Shown piece after piece: positions 24,489-37,500 of a DNA stretch of 64,000 nt (position 1 is its first letter; the number at the start of each line of letters is the position of its first letter). A program made the translations under genes and the position numbers. The DNA is from Squalus acanthias (taxonomy: Eukaryota). The notes below the pieces were generated by a model that saw nothing but the letters and a program-made list of their open reading frames with translations, did not search any database and was not told where the DNA came from. The stretch spans positions 172,486,001-172,550,000 of the forward strand of contig CM059425.1 of assembly GCA_030390025.1 (NCBI GenBank), in the 5' to 3' direction.

Positions 24489-24949
24489 GCTGATAAAGCT
24501 GCTTTCCCTCATGGCAGCAGCATGGTGGAGTACTTCATCAGCTCCCTGCAGAAGCCTTCAACTTTGCAGGACCTAGCTGCCAAGGAGCCCATAACAAAGA
24601 GTCAGCCTGTCGCATTCCATTCCAAGAATCAGGAGCCCCAACAGCAAGGCTACATCCATCCCAAGAGGCTCATAAATGTTTGCAGCAGCCACCTACATCT
24701 CAGACAGCACGTAAAAGAAGTCTTAGATTAGGCAGAAAAAAAGTCACAGTCACAAGGTGAAGAAAGCAAGTAATGTCTTAGCAGACTTATAATAAATAAT
24801 TGGAATTCTTGATGTAAGGATTGTTTGGTGTTTGGTTATCTTGTAGAAAAAGTTATAATGTGATGGCTAGTTGTGAGGAGAAAGGAGTTTATTTAGACCA
24901 GAGAGAGGCTGGTGATAGGAGGCTGATTTTGATGGGCTGAAACTTCCAA

Positions 24950-25900
24950 AAATATTGTTCTACACACCTGCAAAGATGTGTCGAATGAGTTTGGCTCTCA
25001 GCTGTTTCAGTGCTAATCACTGCATCTGCTTCATACATCAGCAGTGTTACCATCAGCCTCTCTGGCATTCTCTGGGGCAACGTTATGAAGCACACAACAT
25101 ACTACCACAATTCGCGAGATGGTGCCCTGTGCATATTGTAAGGTACTCCCAGAACCTTTTAAGCATTCCAAGGCTTGGTTAATTGTCATCCTTGCCCTAT
25201 TGTAGGGTTTCTCTGCAACACTGGTCATCCTACAAAGTGGTGTAATGAGCCCTGGGAGTAAACCTTGCCACCCAGCAGGCAACCTGCACCATGACCTCAT
25301 TGCTGAAATAGAGTGGAGATGCTGGACTGAAATATAAAAGCATTATGTCAGCTCCCAGCATATCAAGTGCATGCAGGAAACTGTTCCTATTGTGGCAAAT
25401 GACCTGCAGTTAAGGAATGGAAGCCTTTGTATCTGATATAAATATTGGTTAACAATCGAGGCCTGCAAAGGCACATTGGTGCACTCAATAGGCCCAACAA
25501 CTCTATTGCGATTCTGTAAAAAAAGTTAACCCCTCTCAAGTCATCTGTGTGAAACCACTGTTGAGCTACACTGGCAATGAGGTCATTGCTTACTTGCCTT
25601 ATACAGGAATGTACAATGAATTGGCCAGGTTGGCAAAAGTCCTCTGTGTTCCCTGGAACTATACAGTTAAATAGAGTTGAGAGCTGTGGTCACAACAGCC
25701 AGAGTTGTTCATGCTGTGGACCTTGGTAATAGATCTTGTTGCAGCAAAAAAAATAATGCTCTTCAAAGTTTCATTACTGAAGCATAGCTCATGTAAGAGG
25801 CCATAGAAAGCAGGCTTCGGTTGATACTTCCTGATAGATGTGTACCGCTGGGATGGTTTGGTGTTGCATGATTAATCTGGCTTCCCTTGCTGCTCCTCTT
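24950..25900 (-). mobile_element. Old Harbinger (HARBI1-like) transposase remnant
   Basis: Minus-strand GPIECTNVP (GAIDCTH-like), YAGS-HNAF, LITPL...YNRA and CCVLHNVA motifs in the expected order. Confidence 0.65.
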
Positions 25901-25934
25901 CCTCCAAAATGTATATCATGTAAAGTTCGATTCA

Positions 25935-27185
25935 TAACATAAGAAATAGGAGCAGGAGTAGGCTATATGGCCTCTCATGCCTGCTCCAGCATTCAATAAG
26001 ACTATGGCTGATCTTCTACCTCAACTTCACTTTCCCACCCCTATCTCCATATCCCTAGATTCCCTTAGTGTACAAAGATCTATCGATCTCAGTCTTGAAT
26101 ATATTTAATGACTGAGCAGCCACAGCCCTCGCAATGGGAAGCCCATTTTGTAGCATCCAGAAAGTTGTTCCCCAATTCCCTTTAATTACAAGCCTGTCCA
26201 CAGGTATTGGGGAATATAGGCGAAGACTTACATAAGAACATAAGAAGAAATAGGAGCAGGAGTAGGCCATTCGGCCCTTCGAGCTTGCTCCGCCATTCAA
26301 TGAGATCATGGCTGATCTTCTGCCTCAACTCCATTCACCGGCCCTATCGCCATATCCCTTGACTAGTCAGAAATCTATCGACTTCTGTTGTGAATATACC
26401 CAATGACTGAGCCTCCACAGCCCTCTGGGGTAGAGAATTCCAAAGATTCACCACCCTCTGTGAAGAAATTTCTTCTCATCTCAGTCCTGAATGGCTGACC
26501 CCTTTATCCTGAGGCTGTGGCCCCTGGTTCTAGACTCCCCAGCCAAGGGAAACATTCCCCCAGCATCCACCCTATCAAGCCCTGTAATAATTTTGTATGC
26601 TTCAATGAGATCCCCTCTCATTCTTCTGAATTCAAGAGAATACAGGCCTAGTTTACTCAATCTCTTGTCATATGACAGTCCCGCCATCCCAGGAATCAAT
26701 CTCGTGAACCTTCATTGCACTCCCTCTGTGGCAAGTATATGCTTCCTTAGGTAAGGAGACCAAAATTGTACACAGTACTCCAGGTGTGGTCTCACCAAGG
26801 CCCTATATAATTGGAATAAGACTTCTTTACTCCTGTACTCAAATCCTCTTGTAATGAAGGCCAGCATACCATTTGCCTTCCTAATGGCTTGCTGCACCTG
26901 CACATTCACTTTCAGTGACTCATGTACAAGGGCACCCTTTGAGCATCTGCATTCCCCAATCTTTCACCATTTAGGAAATACTCTGCCTTTGTTTTTTCTA
27001 CCAAAGTGGATAACTTCACATTTATCCACATTATATTCCATCTGCCATGTTCTCGCCCACTCACTGAGCCTGTTGAGATCCCCTTGAAGCCTCTTCACAT
27101 CCTCTTCACAACTGACACTGCCACCTAGCTTTGTATCTTCAGCAAATTTGGAAATGGATAGTCCCCTCATCCAAATCATTGATAT
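25935..27185 (-). mobile_element. Two adjacent CR1 3' fragments (25935-26130 and 26230-27185)
   Basis: cataagaa tails; LYRALVRPHLEYCVQFWSP; KFAEDTKLGG. Confidence 0.9.
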
Positions 27186-28107
27186 CTTCTCAAGTACAAC
27201 AATGAAAATATTTTCAAATAGCTCTGGTCAATCCCAAGAAATGTCCAAAAGCCTGCAAAAACAATCTCACCTACAGCAGCTTCCCTTTAAATAAATACTT
27301 CTGCCTCTACAAGCAGGCCCTGGGAACTGCAGCAATTATATAGTGGTGTACAATCAGAAGGCTGCATGGGACAGTGGTGATTACAGAACTTAGGACAGGT
27401 GATGGCATCCTATCCTAGCTCTGTGATTTACATATACGTCTGCTGCTCAGAGGGCAGGCGCTTCTTCACTCCAAACTGAAACCAGCAGAAATTTATGACA
27501 TGGCATCCCGGGGCAGAAACCCAGCAGGTCTAGGGTCTCCACCAAATTCCTGTCCCACAAAAGGTGCAATTGGTGACATGCCCCCCTCCCTAGCCCAGGA
27601 ATTTTGGGGCCCCCATATCTTTTCATAACCTTAACCCGAGGGCGAGGGAAGGAAACCAACTATCGACCTAATTTTTCACTTATCCTCTGCAATTTTTTCT
27701 CCTTTCCCCTCTTTTAGTCATTGGCACTGGGCATCCCCCAATATATTGCCGACATAATCATTATCCACATGTGCCTATTTCTGCTTCATGCATGAGATCA
27801 ATTAGCTTAACACAAACCATGGATCAAATCTGCGACTTTTACCTACTCATTGGATAAACTCCATCCAGGAAGCATCATATTCATTTTTATCAAGAGCTCT
27901 ACTTTATACAAGAAGTGGTATGCAATATACCATAACCAAAGAATTTGAAGAATAGCAACAGAAAATTCTCATTCAACTCATTTAATTCTGCTTCAGAAGC
28001 CAATCTGTTTTTGTTTTAAATCTTCTTCCTCCCCATACCATATCCACCTACATTTTCCTGAATCATATTTCATTTTTTAAAGTCAGCATTTTTTCATGAG
28101 GATGTTT

Positions 28108-29775
28108 AAGAACATAAGAAATAAGAGCAGGAGTAGACCTTATGGCCCCTCGAGCCTGCTCCGCCATTCAATAAAATCATGGCTGATCATCGACCTCAAC
28201 TCCACTTTCCCGCCCGATCTCCATATCCCTTGATTCCCCTAGAGTCCAAAAATCTATCTATCTCAGCCTTGAACATACTCAAAGACTCAGCATTCACAGC
28301 CATCTGGGGCAGAGAATTCCAAAGATTCACAACCCTCTGAGTGAAGAAATTCCTCCTCATCTCAGTCTTAAATGGGCTACCCCTTATCCTGAGACTATGC
28401 CCCTAGTTCTAGACACTCCAGCAAGGGGAAACAACCTCTCAGCATCTACCCTGTCAATCCCCTTCCGAATCTTGTATGTTTCAATGAGATCATCTCTCAT
28501 TCTTCTAAACTCCAGAAAGTATAGGCCCATTCTACACAATCTCTCATCATAGGACAGTCCTCTCATCCCAGGAATTAATCTAGTGAACCTTTGTTGCACC
28601 ACCTCCAAGGCAAGTATATCCTTCCTTAGATAAGGAGACCAGAACTGTGCACAGTACTCCAGGTGTGGTCTCACCAAGGCCCTGTACAATTGTAGCAAGA
28701 CTTCCTTACTCTTATACTCCAACCCCCTTGCAATAAAGACCAACATGCCATTTGCCTTCCTTATTGCTCGCTGTACCTGCACGGTAGCTTTCTGTGTTTC
28801 TTGCACAAGGACACCCAAATCTCTGTACACCAACATTTGAAAGCTTCTCACCTTTTAAAAAATATTCTGTTTTTCTATTCTTCCTACCAAAGTGAATAAC
28901 CTCACATTTCTCTACATTATACTCCATCTGTCACCTTACTGCCCACTCATTTAGTCCATCTATATCCCTTTGCAGACTGTGTTCTCCTCACAGCTTACTG
29001 ACCCACCTAGCTTTGTATCAGCAGCAAACTTGGATACATTACACTGAGTCCCTTCATCTACGTCATTAATATAGATTGTAAATAGCTGAGGCCCCAACAC
29101 TGATCCTTGCGGCACCCCACTAGTTACAGCCTGCCAATCTGAAAAAGATCCGTTTATCCCTACTTTCTGTTTTCTGTCCGTTAACCAATCCTCTATCCAT
29201 GCTACTATATTACCCCCAACCCCATGAGCTCTAATCTTGTGTCATAACCTTTTATGTGGCACCTTATTGAATGCCTTTTTGAAATCCAAATATACTGCAT
29301 CCACTGTTCCCCTTTATCTACCCTGCTAGTTACATCCTCAAAAAACTCTAATAAATTTGTCAAACACGATTTCCCTTTCATAAAACCATGTTGACTCTGC
29401 CTAATCATGTTATGATTTTCTAAGTGCCCTGATACCACTTCCCTAACAATGGATTCCAGCATTTTCCCCAACGACTGATGTCAGGCTAACTGGCCTGTAG
29501 TTCCCTTTTTTTTTCTCCCTCCTTTCTTGAATAGCGGTGTTACATTTGCGTCCTTCCAATCCGCTGGGACCATTCTAGAATCTAGGGAATTTTGGAAGAT
29601 CAAAACCAATGCATCCACTATCTCTTCAGCCATCTCTTTTAGAACCCCAGGATGTAGGCCGTCAGGTCCAGGGGATCTGTCGGCTTTTAGTCCCATTAAT
29701 TTCTCTAGTACTTTTTCTCTACTTGTATTAATTACGTTAAGTTCCTCACCCTCATTAGACCCTTGGTTCCCCACT
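28108..29775 (-). mobile_element. CR1 LINE, 5'-truncated
   Basis: SPGPDGLHP, SQHGFMKGKSCLTNL, RPHLEYCAQFWSP; aagaacataagaa tail. Confidence 0.92.
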
Positions 29776-30256
29776 AGATTTGAGGCTTGAAGTTATTCCT
29801 TTTTCCAAGACTAGCATTTGGCTCTTCTACCCTAGGTTTTGCAAAAAGTACTCCTTTACATCAGACACTTTCATTATTTTACAAACTTCATTTATTCACC
29901 CTTATTTTTCAATGAAAATACATCTGGCTTTCCCAATCTCTTCAGATGATCCAAAAGCTGGATTTGCTACTTTTGGTAAAGTTACACTAGGTTTAACATG
30001 CTACTTAAACTTTTTTTTAAATGTAACAATGAAAAGGTAACCCAAACTTTGCATCAAATACTTAAAATATTATAACAGAACTTTCGTATCAAAATCATGA
30101 AGAGTGACAATATCAGAAGAATGATTTTTGCCAATATTTTCTCCCCTCATGAAGGTGCAAACTTTTGCTGAGGTACAGTTCCACAGCACCAGCCAGTTAT
30201 AATGCCCAAACCACTGCGAGTTAATTTAGCATAGAGAGAACTGATCCTGGGACCTT

Positions 30257-31055
30257 GGGCTGGATTTTGTCAATGGGGGGCGCGTTGGGGGTGGGACTAC
30301 TGGTTTTCGGGTTTCAGTCCCGCCCCCAGCGATGTCTGACCAACCCACGCTATTTTCCCTTGATTGACCTTGTTAAGCCCGCCCTTACCGGCCAATTAAG
30401 GGAAAGCCGGTGACAGATGACGTCAGCGTATGACGCTTCATCCGCTGAAATTTTTTTGTGAATTGTCAGTGTTTGACAGCTTTGAGAAGCTGTCAAACAC
30501 TGACAATCTCTGTTTTAAGGTGAGCCCTTGCACAGAATCCTCACCAAGACCTCTCTCCTCAGCAGAAAGCAGATGGCTGCTGCATCTGAGAATGTAGCAG
30601 CCATTCTGTCATCTCTGCCATTGAGATGAGGCACCTCCGGATCCCCAAGGGTTGAAGCCTGCAGGAAGAAGCAAAGGTAAGGAAACTTTTTCCAATTCTT
30701 TACACTCACCTCTCATACTTACCTGTCCATACTTGCACCCATCACTCACCTCTACAGCTGACATTTCGACCCCTCACCCCCGCAGACCCACTGCTCGCCT
30801 CGCTGACCCTGGCGAGGTTCGCAGCCGTCGGGTAGCCCGCAATTGCAGGCCTAAAATGGGGATAAGCCTCAAAACTGCCTGTTTACAGGCAGTTAATTGG
30901 TTCTAATCCCCTTCCCGCCTCGAGGAGATGGGTCCCTGCGCGAGTCGGGGACCCGCATCCTGAGAAGATGGCACGGAGGCGTGTCGGTACCCGCTCCCAG
31001 TTTCTGCCATTTTCCCGGCAGTCCCGCCTCCATAGGGCTGGGAAAATTCCCCCCC
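30257..31055. mobile_element. GC-rich Harbinger-like non-autonomous element
   Basis: Termini gggctggatttt and aaaattccccccc. Minus-strand AATFSDAA...RREVL resembles the Myb/SANT remnant near 36700. Confidence 0.5.
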
Positions 31056-31099
31056 TCATGTCTGCATGACTTTGTGGCATCACACCAGACAGTTAGAAC

Positions 31100-33020
31100 C
31101 CAGAGGAGTATAGAAAGTGCAGGGGTGAAATTAAAAAGGAAATTAGGGAAGCAAAGAGAGAGCATGAAAAAATGTTGGCAGGTAAAATCAAGGAAAACCC
31201 AAAGATTTTTATAAATACATTAAGAGCAAGAGGATAACTAAAGAAAGATGAGGCCCTATTAGAGACCATGAAGGTAATCTATGCGTGGAGGCGGAAGACG
31301 TGGGTATGGTCCTTAATGAATACTTTGTGTCTGTTTTCACGAGGGATGATGCAGACATTGCAATCAGGGAGGAGGAGTGTGAAATATTAGATGAAATAAA
31401 CATAGTGAGAGAGGAAGTATTAAGGGGTTTAGCATCTTTGAAAGTGGATAAATCCCCAGGCCCGGATGAAATGTATCCCAGACTGTTAAGAGAAGTAAGA
31501 GAGGAAATAGCAGAGGCTCTGACCATTATTTTCCAATCCTCTCTAGCTACAGGTGTGGTGCCAGAGGACTGGAGGACTGCTAACGTCGTACCATTGTTTA
31601 AAAAAGGAGAAAGGGATAGACCGAGCAATCACAGGCCAGTCAGCCTAACTTCGGTGGTGGGAAAATTATTGGAAAAAATTCTGAGGGACCGGATAAATCT
31701 TCATTTAGGAAGACATGGATTAATCAAGGACAGTCAGCATGGATTTGTTAAGGGGAGGTCGTGTCTGACAAACTTGACTGAATTTTTTGACGAGGTAACA
31801 AGGAGGGTCAATGAGGGTTGTGCGTTTGATGTAGTGTATATGGATTTTAGCAAGGCTTTTGATAAGGTCCCACATGGCAGACTGGTCACGAAAGTAAAAG
31901 CCCATGGGATCCAAGGCAAAGTGGCAAGTTGGATCCAAAATTGGCTCAGAAGTAGGAAGCAAAGGTTTATGGTCGATGGGCGTTTTTGTGACTGGAAGGC
32001 TGCTTCCAGTGAAGTTCCGCAGGGCTCAGTACTAGGTCCCTTGCTTTTTGCGGTATATAGCAATGATTTAGACTTGAATGTAGGGGGTATGATTAAGAAG
32101 TTTGTAGACGATACAAAAATTGGCTGTGTGGTGGATAATGAAGAAGAAAGCTGCAGACTGCAGGAAGATATCAATGGACTGGTCAGGTGGGCAGAACAGT
32201 GGCAAATGGAATTGAATCTGGACAAGTGTGAGGTAATGCATTTGGGGAGGGTTAACAAGGCAAGGGAATACACAATAAATGGTAGGACACTGAGAAGTGC
32301 AGAGGAACAGAGGGACCTTGGAGTGCATGTCCACAGATCCCTGAAGGTAGGAGGACAGGTAGATAAGGTGGTTAAGAAGGCATACGGGATACTTGCCTTT
32401 ATTAGCCGAGGCATAGAATATAAGAGCAGGGAGGTTATGCTGGAACTGTATAAAACACTAGTTAGGCCTCAGCTAGAGTACTGCGTGCAGTTCTGGTCAC
32501 CACATTACAGGAAAGAGGTGATTGCGCTAGAGAGGGTACAGAGGAGATTTACGAGGATGCTACCTGGACTGGAGAATTTTAGCTATGAGGAAAGATTGGA
32601 TAGGCTGGGGCTGTTTTCTTTGGAACAGAGAAGGCTGAGGGGAGACCTAATTGAGGTGTATAAAATTATGAGGGGCCTAGATAGAGTGGAAAGGAAAGAA
32701 CTGTTTCCCTTGGCAGAGGTGTCAAAACCAGGGGCATAGATTTAAAGTGAATGGTAGGAGGTTTAGAGGGGATTTGAGGGGAAAAAAATTTCATCCAGAG
32801 GGTGGTAGGGGTCTGCAACTCACTGCCTGAAAGGGTGGTAGAGGTAGAATCTCTCACCACATTCAAAAAGAACTTGGATGTGCACTTGAGGTGCTGTGGT
32901 CTACAAGGCTACGGACCAGAGCTGGCAGGTGGGATTAGGCTGATTAGCTCTTTGTCGACCGGCGTGGACACGATGGGCTGAATGGCCTCCTTCCGTGCTG
33001 TAAATTTCTATGATTCTATG
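31100..33020 (+). mobile_element. CR1 LINE, 5'-truncated, with 484-codon open RT segment (31285-32739)
   Basis: Contiguous RT motifs; tail ttctatgattctatg. Confidence 0.93.
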
Positions 33021-33419
33021 AACCCACTGGGTCTCTGGAGATACAGAGGGAAAAAAAATCTTAGTGGTCTTCTAACACAAGCAAGTTGAACAAAAATAAA
33101 ATATTCTCCCTAAAGTCTTACGAACCAGGTTTCATTTATAAACACAGCTCATTTTAGGTACCATTACTGCCCCATAATGTGAAATGAAAATACATGAATT
33201 AGTAACAACAGCAATTTAAATGGCTGTAGCAAACAAAAGTATCAATTCGAATTCAAAAACTAGGAAGTGCCTCCTCTGCTAAACTGCACTGGCAGAAACC
33301 TTTAAAAAGGTTTCAAATGTCTAAATGGTGAAGTGACAATAATTGAAACATCAGTATAAAAATATTGTACACTACTGTCATTCCTACAGTTGATTATTTA
33401 AGATCACTAAAAGGGAGAG

Positions 33420-34152
33420 GTTAGGAGATTTTTTAATGGGGCAGCATTTGCGGTCGGTATTACGGTGTACTCAATACGCTGTCATACCGCCTTTGAAATG
33501 GACAGCGCATGTGCTAAATCCTGAACTTGTGATGTCAAGTTCCGATTTGACAGATCATCCGCTCCGACTAGATTATCTCATTGCTGGTGCAGAGTTGGGC
33601 TAATTGCCCACCAACTGATCAGCAATTACGCCTGAAAGTTTTATGGCTGATGTAAACAGGCGCAGGAGCCTGTTTGCACAGTGTAAGGGGACACCTGTCA
33701 TGATAAAAAATCTTCATCTGATGCTATTTTGTTTAAATTAAATTAATATGTTTGCCCTTTACAGTGAGCCTGCCTGAGGGATTAGCAAACCCCCAAAAGT
33801 TCAGTTGAATATTATCTGAATGTACATCTCTGCTTGATTAAAGTAGTTAAGCAGCCTGCAGTGTAGTGTGATTGCTTCTGGTCTACTGATAATTTCCCCC
33901 AAAATTCATTTCTATCCAGACTGGGGTGAGTGAGAGACTGTCTGTTTCCTGATTGGAGCACCGCCCCACGTGATTCCAGGTACGCTTAGCACACTGTGCA
34001 CCCCAGGATCTGTGGGCCACTACGCTGCACTCAACTCTGCAGTGCCTGACAGCAACTTCTCGAAGGCGGGTTCCCAGCAGGTAAGTGCGCATTCTGTTCG
34101 GAGGTTGTCGCCGTACTCTGTAGCTATGCTGCCAACTGCAATTTCAGGGGCC
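33420..34152. mobile_element. Possible non-autonomous DNA element
   Basis: GC-rich ends, AT-rich centre, right end aatttcaggggcc like the other MITE-like elements. Left end unclear. Confidence 0.35.
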
Positions 34153-34179
34153 AATTTTTTTAAAAAATTTTTAAACAGA

Positions 34180-34372
34180 GGATTGTTACAACAGTCTAAA
34201 AAAGTGGTGAAAGCAGAATCCATAATAGATTTTAAAAGTGAAATGGATACATATTTAAGGGTATGGGGAAAGGACAAGGGAATGGGACTAAGTGGATAGC
34301 TCTTTCAGAGTGCCAGCACAGACGAGATGAGCTTAATGGCTTCCTTCTGTACTGTAAAATTCTACGATTCTA
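34180..34372 (+). mobile_element. CR1 3' tail
   Basis: aatggcttccttctgtactgtaaaattctacgattcta. Confidence 0.7.
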
Positions 34373-34559
34373 TTTTTTCTAAGACTATTTTAGGAACAAT
34401 TAATACAAAAAGTGAATTAACGTATGTTCAGAAGATAAACACCAATGCTTACTTTTTTTTTAAGAAAGGTTAAATGTTCAAGCTCTGTATATGAAATTTA
34501 TGCAATAGACTAGCACTATTTAGTTTAGTCAATACCTAACACTAAATTGTGCTGCAAGT

Positions 34560-37500
34560 GGAACATGTTTCAGTGGGGGAACATTTAGGAAACAGTGATC
34601 ACTATCATTAGGTTTCAAGTAGTTATGGAAAAGGACAAGGAACATTCACATGTGAAAATACTCAACTGGGGGAGAGCTAATTTCCGTGAGTTGAAAAGGG
34701 ATCTGGCCCAGTTGGATTGGAATCAAAGATTGGCAGGTAAAACAGTAAATTAACAACGGGAGGCCTTAAAAAAGGAGATAATTCGGGTATAGACTAGACA
34801 CATTTCTGTAAGAGGGTAAGGAAGGGCATCCACAGCTAGAGCTCCCTGGATGACTAAAATATAGAGGTTAAAATGAAACATAAAAAGGAGGCTTATGACA
34901 AATGTAATGTACATAATTCAGTGGGAACCAAGTAGAATACAGAAAGTACAGAGGAGAACTGAAAAGGGAAATAAAAGGGGCAAAGAGAGTGTATGAAAAT
35001 AGATTAGTGGGCAACATAAAAGGGAATCCAAAAGTCTTTTATAAACATATGGCCGGGAAATTGGACCCGTTTGTGCCGGCCATTAAGACCAGTTTGGAAG
35101 TAAAAATGGCAGCCGCCTTGCATCCGGCATGGAACGCGGCAGCGCTGCCATTGCCTGGGCTCACTTCAGATATTTAGATCAGCCAAATCGTGACGTCAAT
35201 TGACGTACGATCTGGTATTTTGGATGTTACCACTCTTATTAACGCCTTCTCCAAAGCACGCACAGCAGAATGTGTGTGCAGCAGTACGACAGCGCTTCTT
35301 AAAGGGACACATGCAACTTTCAGGCAAGTTTAGATTTTTGTTTTTGTACTAGTTTCTTTACACTTTATTGACAGTAGTGGCTTGGTGTAATACATTTAAA
35401 AAGTTGTTAAAGTGTGCAGGGAGTGCTGCTGGACATTTGCAAGACTTTGGCTCTTAAAGGAAGGCCTCTGAGAACATCACTTACTCCCAGTCCTGGGGGC
35501 TCTAGTTGCAGTCCTCCCTGGGCTGCAGCATGTCATGGAGATGGAGATGGAGCAGAGGCAGCAGCAGCGGCAGCAAAGGGGACAAGCTGCTCGCAGAGGG
35601 AGGAAGAAGCAAAAGGAGGAAGCAGAAGAGGAGGAAGGAGGGAGGCAACCCAGACAGCCCCTTTCTGGCTAGGATTTCCGGGATCGAATCATCCGCCTGT
35701 GGTACCAATGAACACAACCCCAAATCCCCTTTCAACATCTGTCCCACACCTTACCTTCCCTCTGTTACTGACTATCACAGCGTCCTCTTGGCCACATTGC
35801 TTAAATAAAAGCCACCACACAGCAAACTTTCCAATCCAACTTTATCCATATATGCATCCAATATTACATCAAAAAATCAACTAATCACCCTTGTGCATTC
35901 CCTTAGTGACTGGCTTGCGTGTGTCTTTGTCTATTCTAGTGCTCTTACGCAGTGCTACCCCAGTGGCTGCAGTATGGCTGGTGGAAGGCTGCTGACTTTC
36001 AGTGGGGGACACTGCAGATGGCCTTGCAGGACAGCCTTGAGGAGCTGGGAGTGTGAAATTGAGTGACTATGTTTCTTCTTCTTCACTCTCCTCTTCCTCT
36101 TGTTGACCCACTCACTGGGCAGGCTAGATTTCTTGGGTGTCTGAAATGAGAAGGCACAAGGATAGGGTTGTGGGGGGTGCGGGGAAGCAAGAGGTGCATG
36201 CTTACACCATGTGCAGCTTGTAAATCAGAAGATATTGTGGGATGAGGGGGATGCGAGAAGGAGGATAACGTATGAGGATACCGGCATCGTGTATTCTTTC
36301 AGCCCTGCTCCTGGCCAAGGGCTCAGCTATGCCCCTGCCAAAATGGCCAGCACCGTCTCCTCCAAGGGGGCAAGGTGAGGCTAGGAATGTGAGGTATGCC
36401 TTGTGTTTGGGAGAGATTGTTGTTAGGGGAGTGATGGGTGTGGGGGTCGTGCATTGAGCAGTGGGTGAAGCTGGTGGTGCAATTGGCAGGCGACGGCTTT
36501 TAAAGATGCATTTACTGACCTTGACCATTCATCTGAGGTCCTGAAACTTCTTTGAGCACTGGAGCCAGGTCCTGGGGGGGGGGGGGGGGGCGGGGGGAAG
36601 ACACAGTGACCACCTCGGCGATCTGGTCCCACATCCTTCTTTCTGGAGGGCCTCCTAGCCCCCTGTGGGTAGAGGACCTCTCTTCCAGTGTTGCCCCCCT
36701 GCACAAAGCTCGAGTGCTGCATCCGAGACCTCGGGTGCCTTTTCCCTGGCCTGTTGAGCCATTTAGGTTAATGCTGAAGCACTTTTACCATTTTTTCCAT
36801 CAACAGAAGGCCGCTCACCTTTAAGGGGTGCAGATTGCCTTTAAGAGAAGGCTAGCTTTAAGTAAAGCTAGCCTCGCTCAAGCAAAGCAAAGCAAACTTC
36901 AGCCCCCTGCTGAGCACACAGCCTGTCAGCAGAGTGTTCAGCGCGAAGATGACGTTTTTTGAACGGGCATGGGCATATCTCACATTGCTGTGCCTGCACC
37001 CATTTTTTTTTAGCATTATCGAATTTCAAGGCCATAAATAGTAAAAGGTGAGTCAAAGGAAGGGGCCAATTAGGGACCAAAAAGGAGATATTCTTGTAGA
37101 GGCAGAGGGTATGGCCTAGGTACTAAGTTAGTATTTTGCATCTGTCTTCACTAAAGGAGGATTCTGACAATGTCACAGTAAAGGAGGAGGTGGTAGAGAA
37201 ACTGGATAGGATAAAATAGATAAAGAAGAGGTAGATAAAAGGTTGGCAGCACTCAAAATAGAAGTCACCCGGTCCAGATGAAAAGCATCCTAGGTTGCTG
37301 AGGGAAGCAAGGGTAGAAATTGCGGAGGTTCTGGCCACAATCTTCCAAACCTCCTTAGATATGGGTGGTGCCAGAGGACTGGAGGAGTGCAAATGTTACA
37401 CCTCTATTCAAAAAAAGGAGATAAACCCAGCAACTACAGCCCAGTCAGCCTAACATTGATGGTGGGGAAATTTTTATTGACACTAATCCAGGACAAAATT

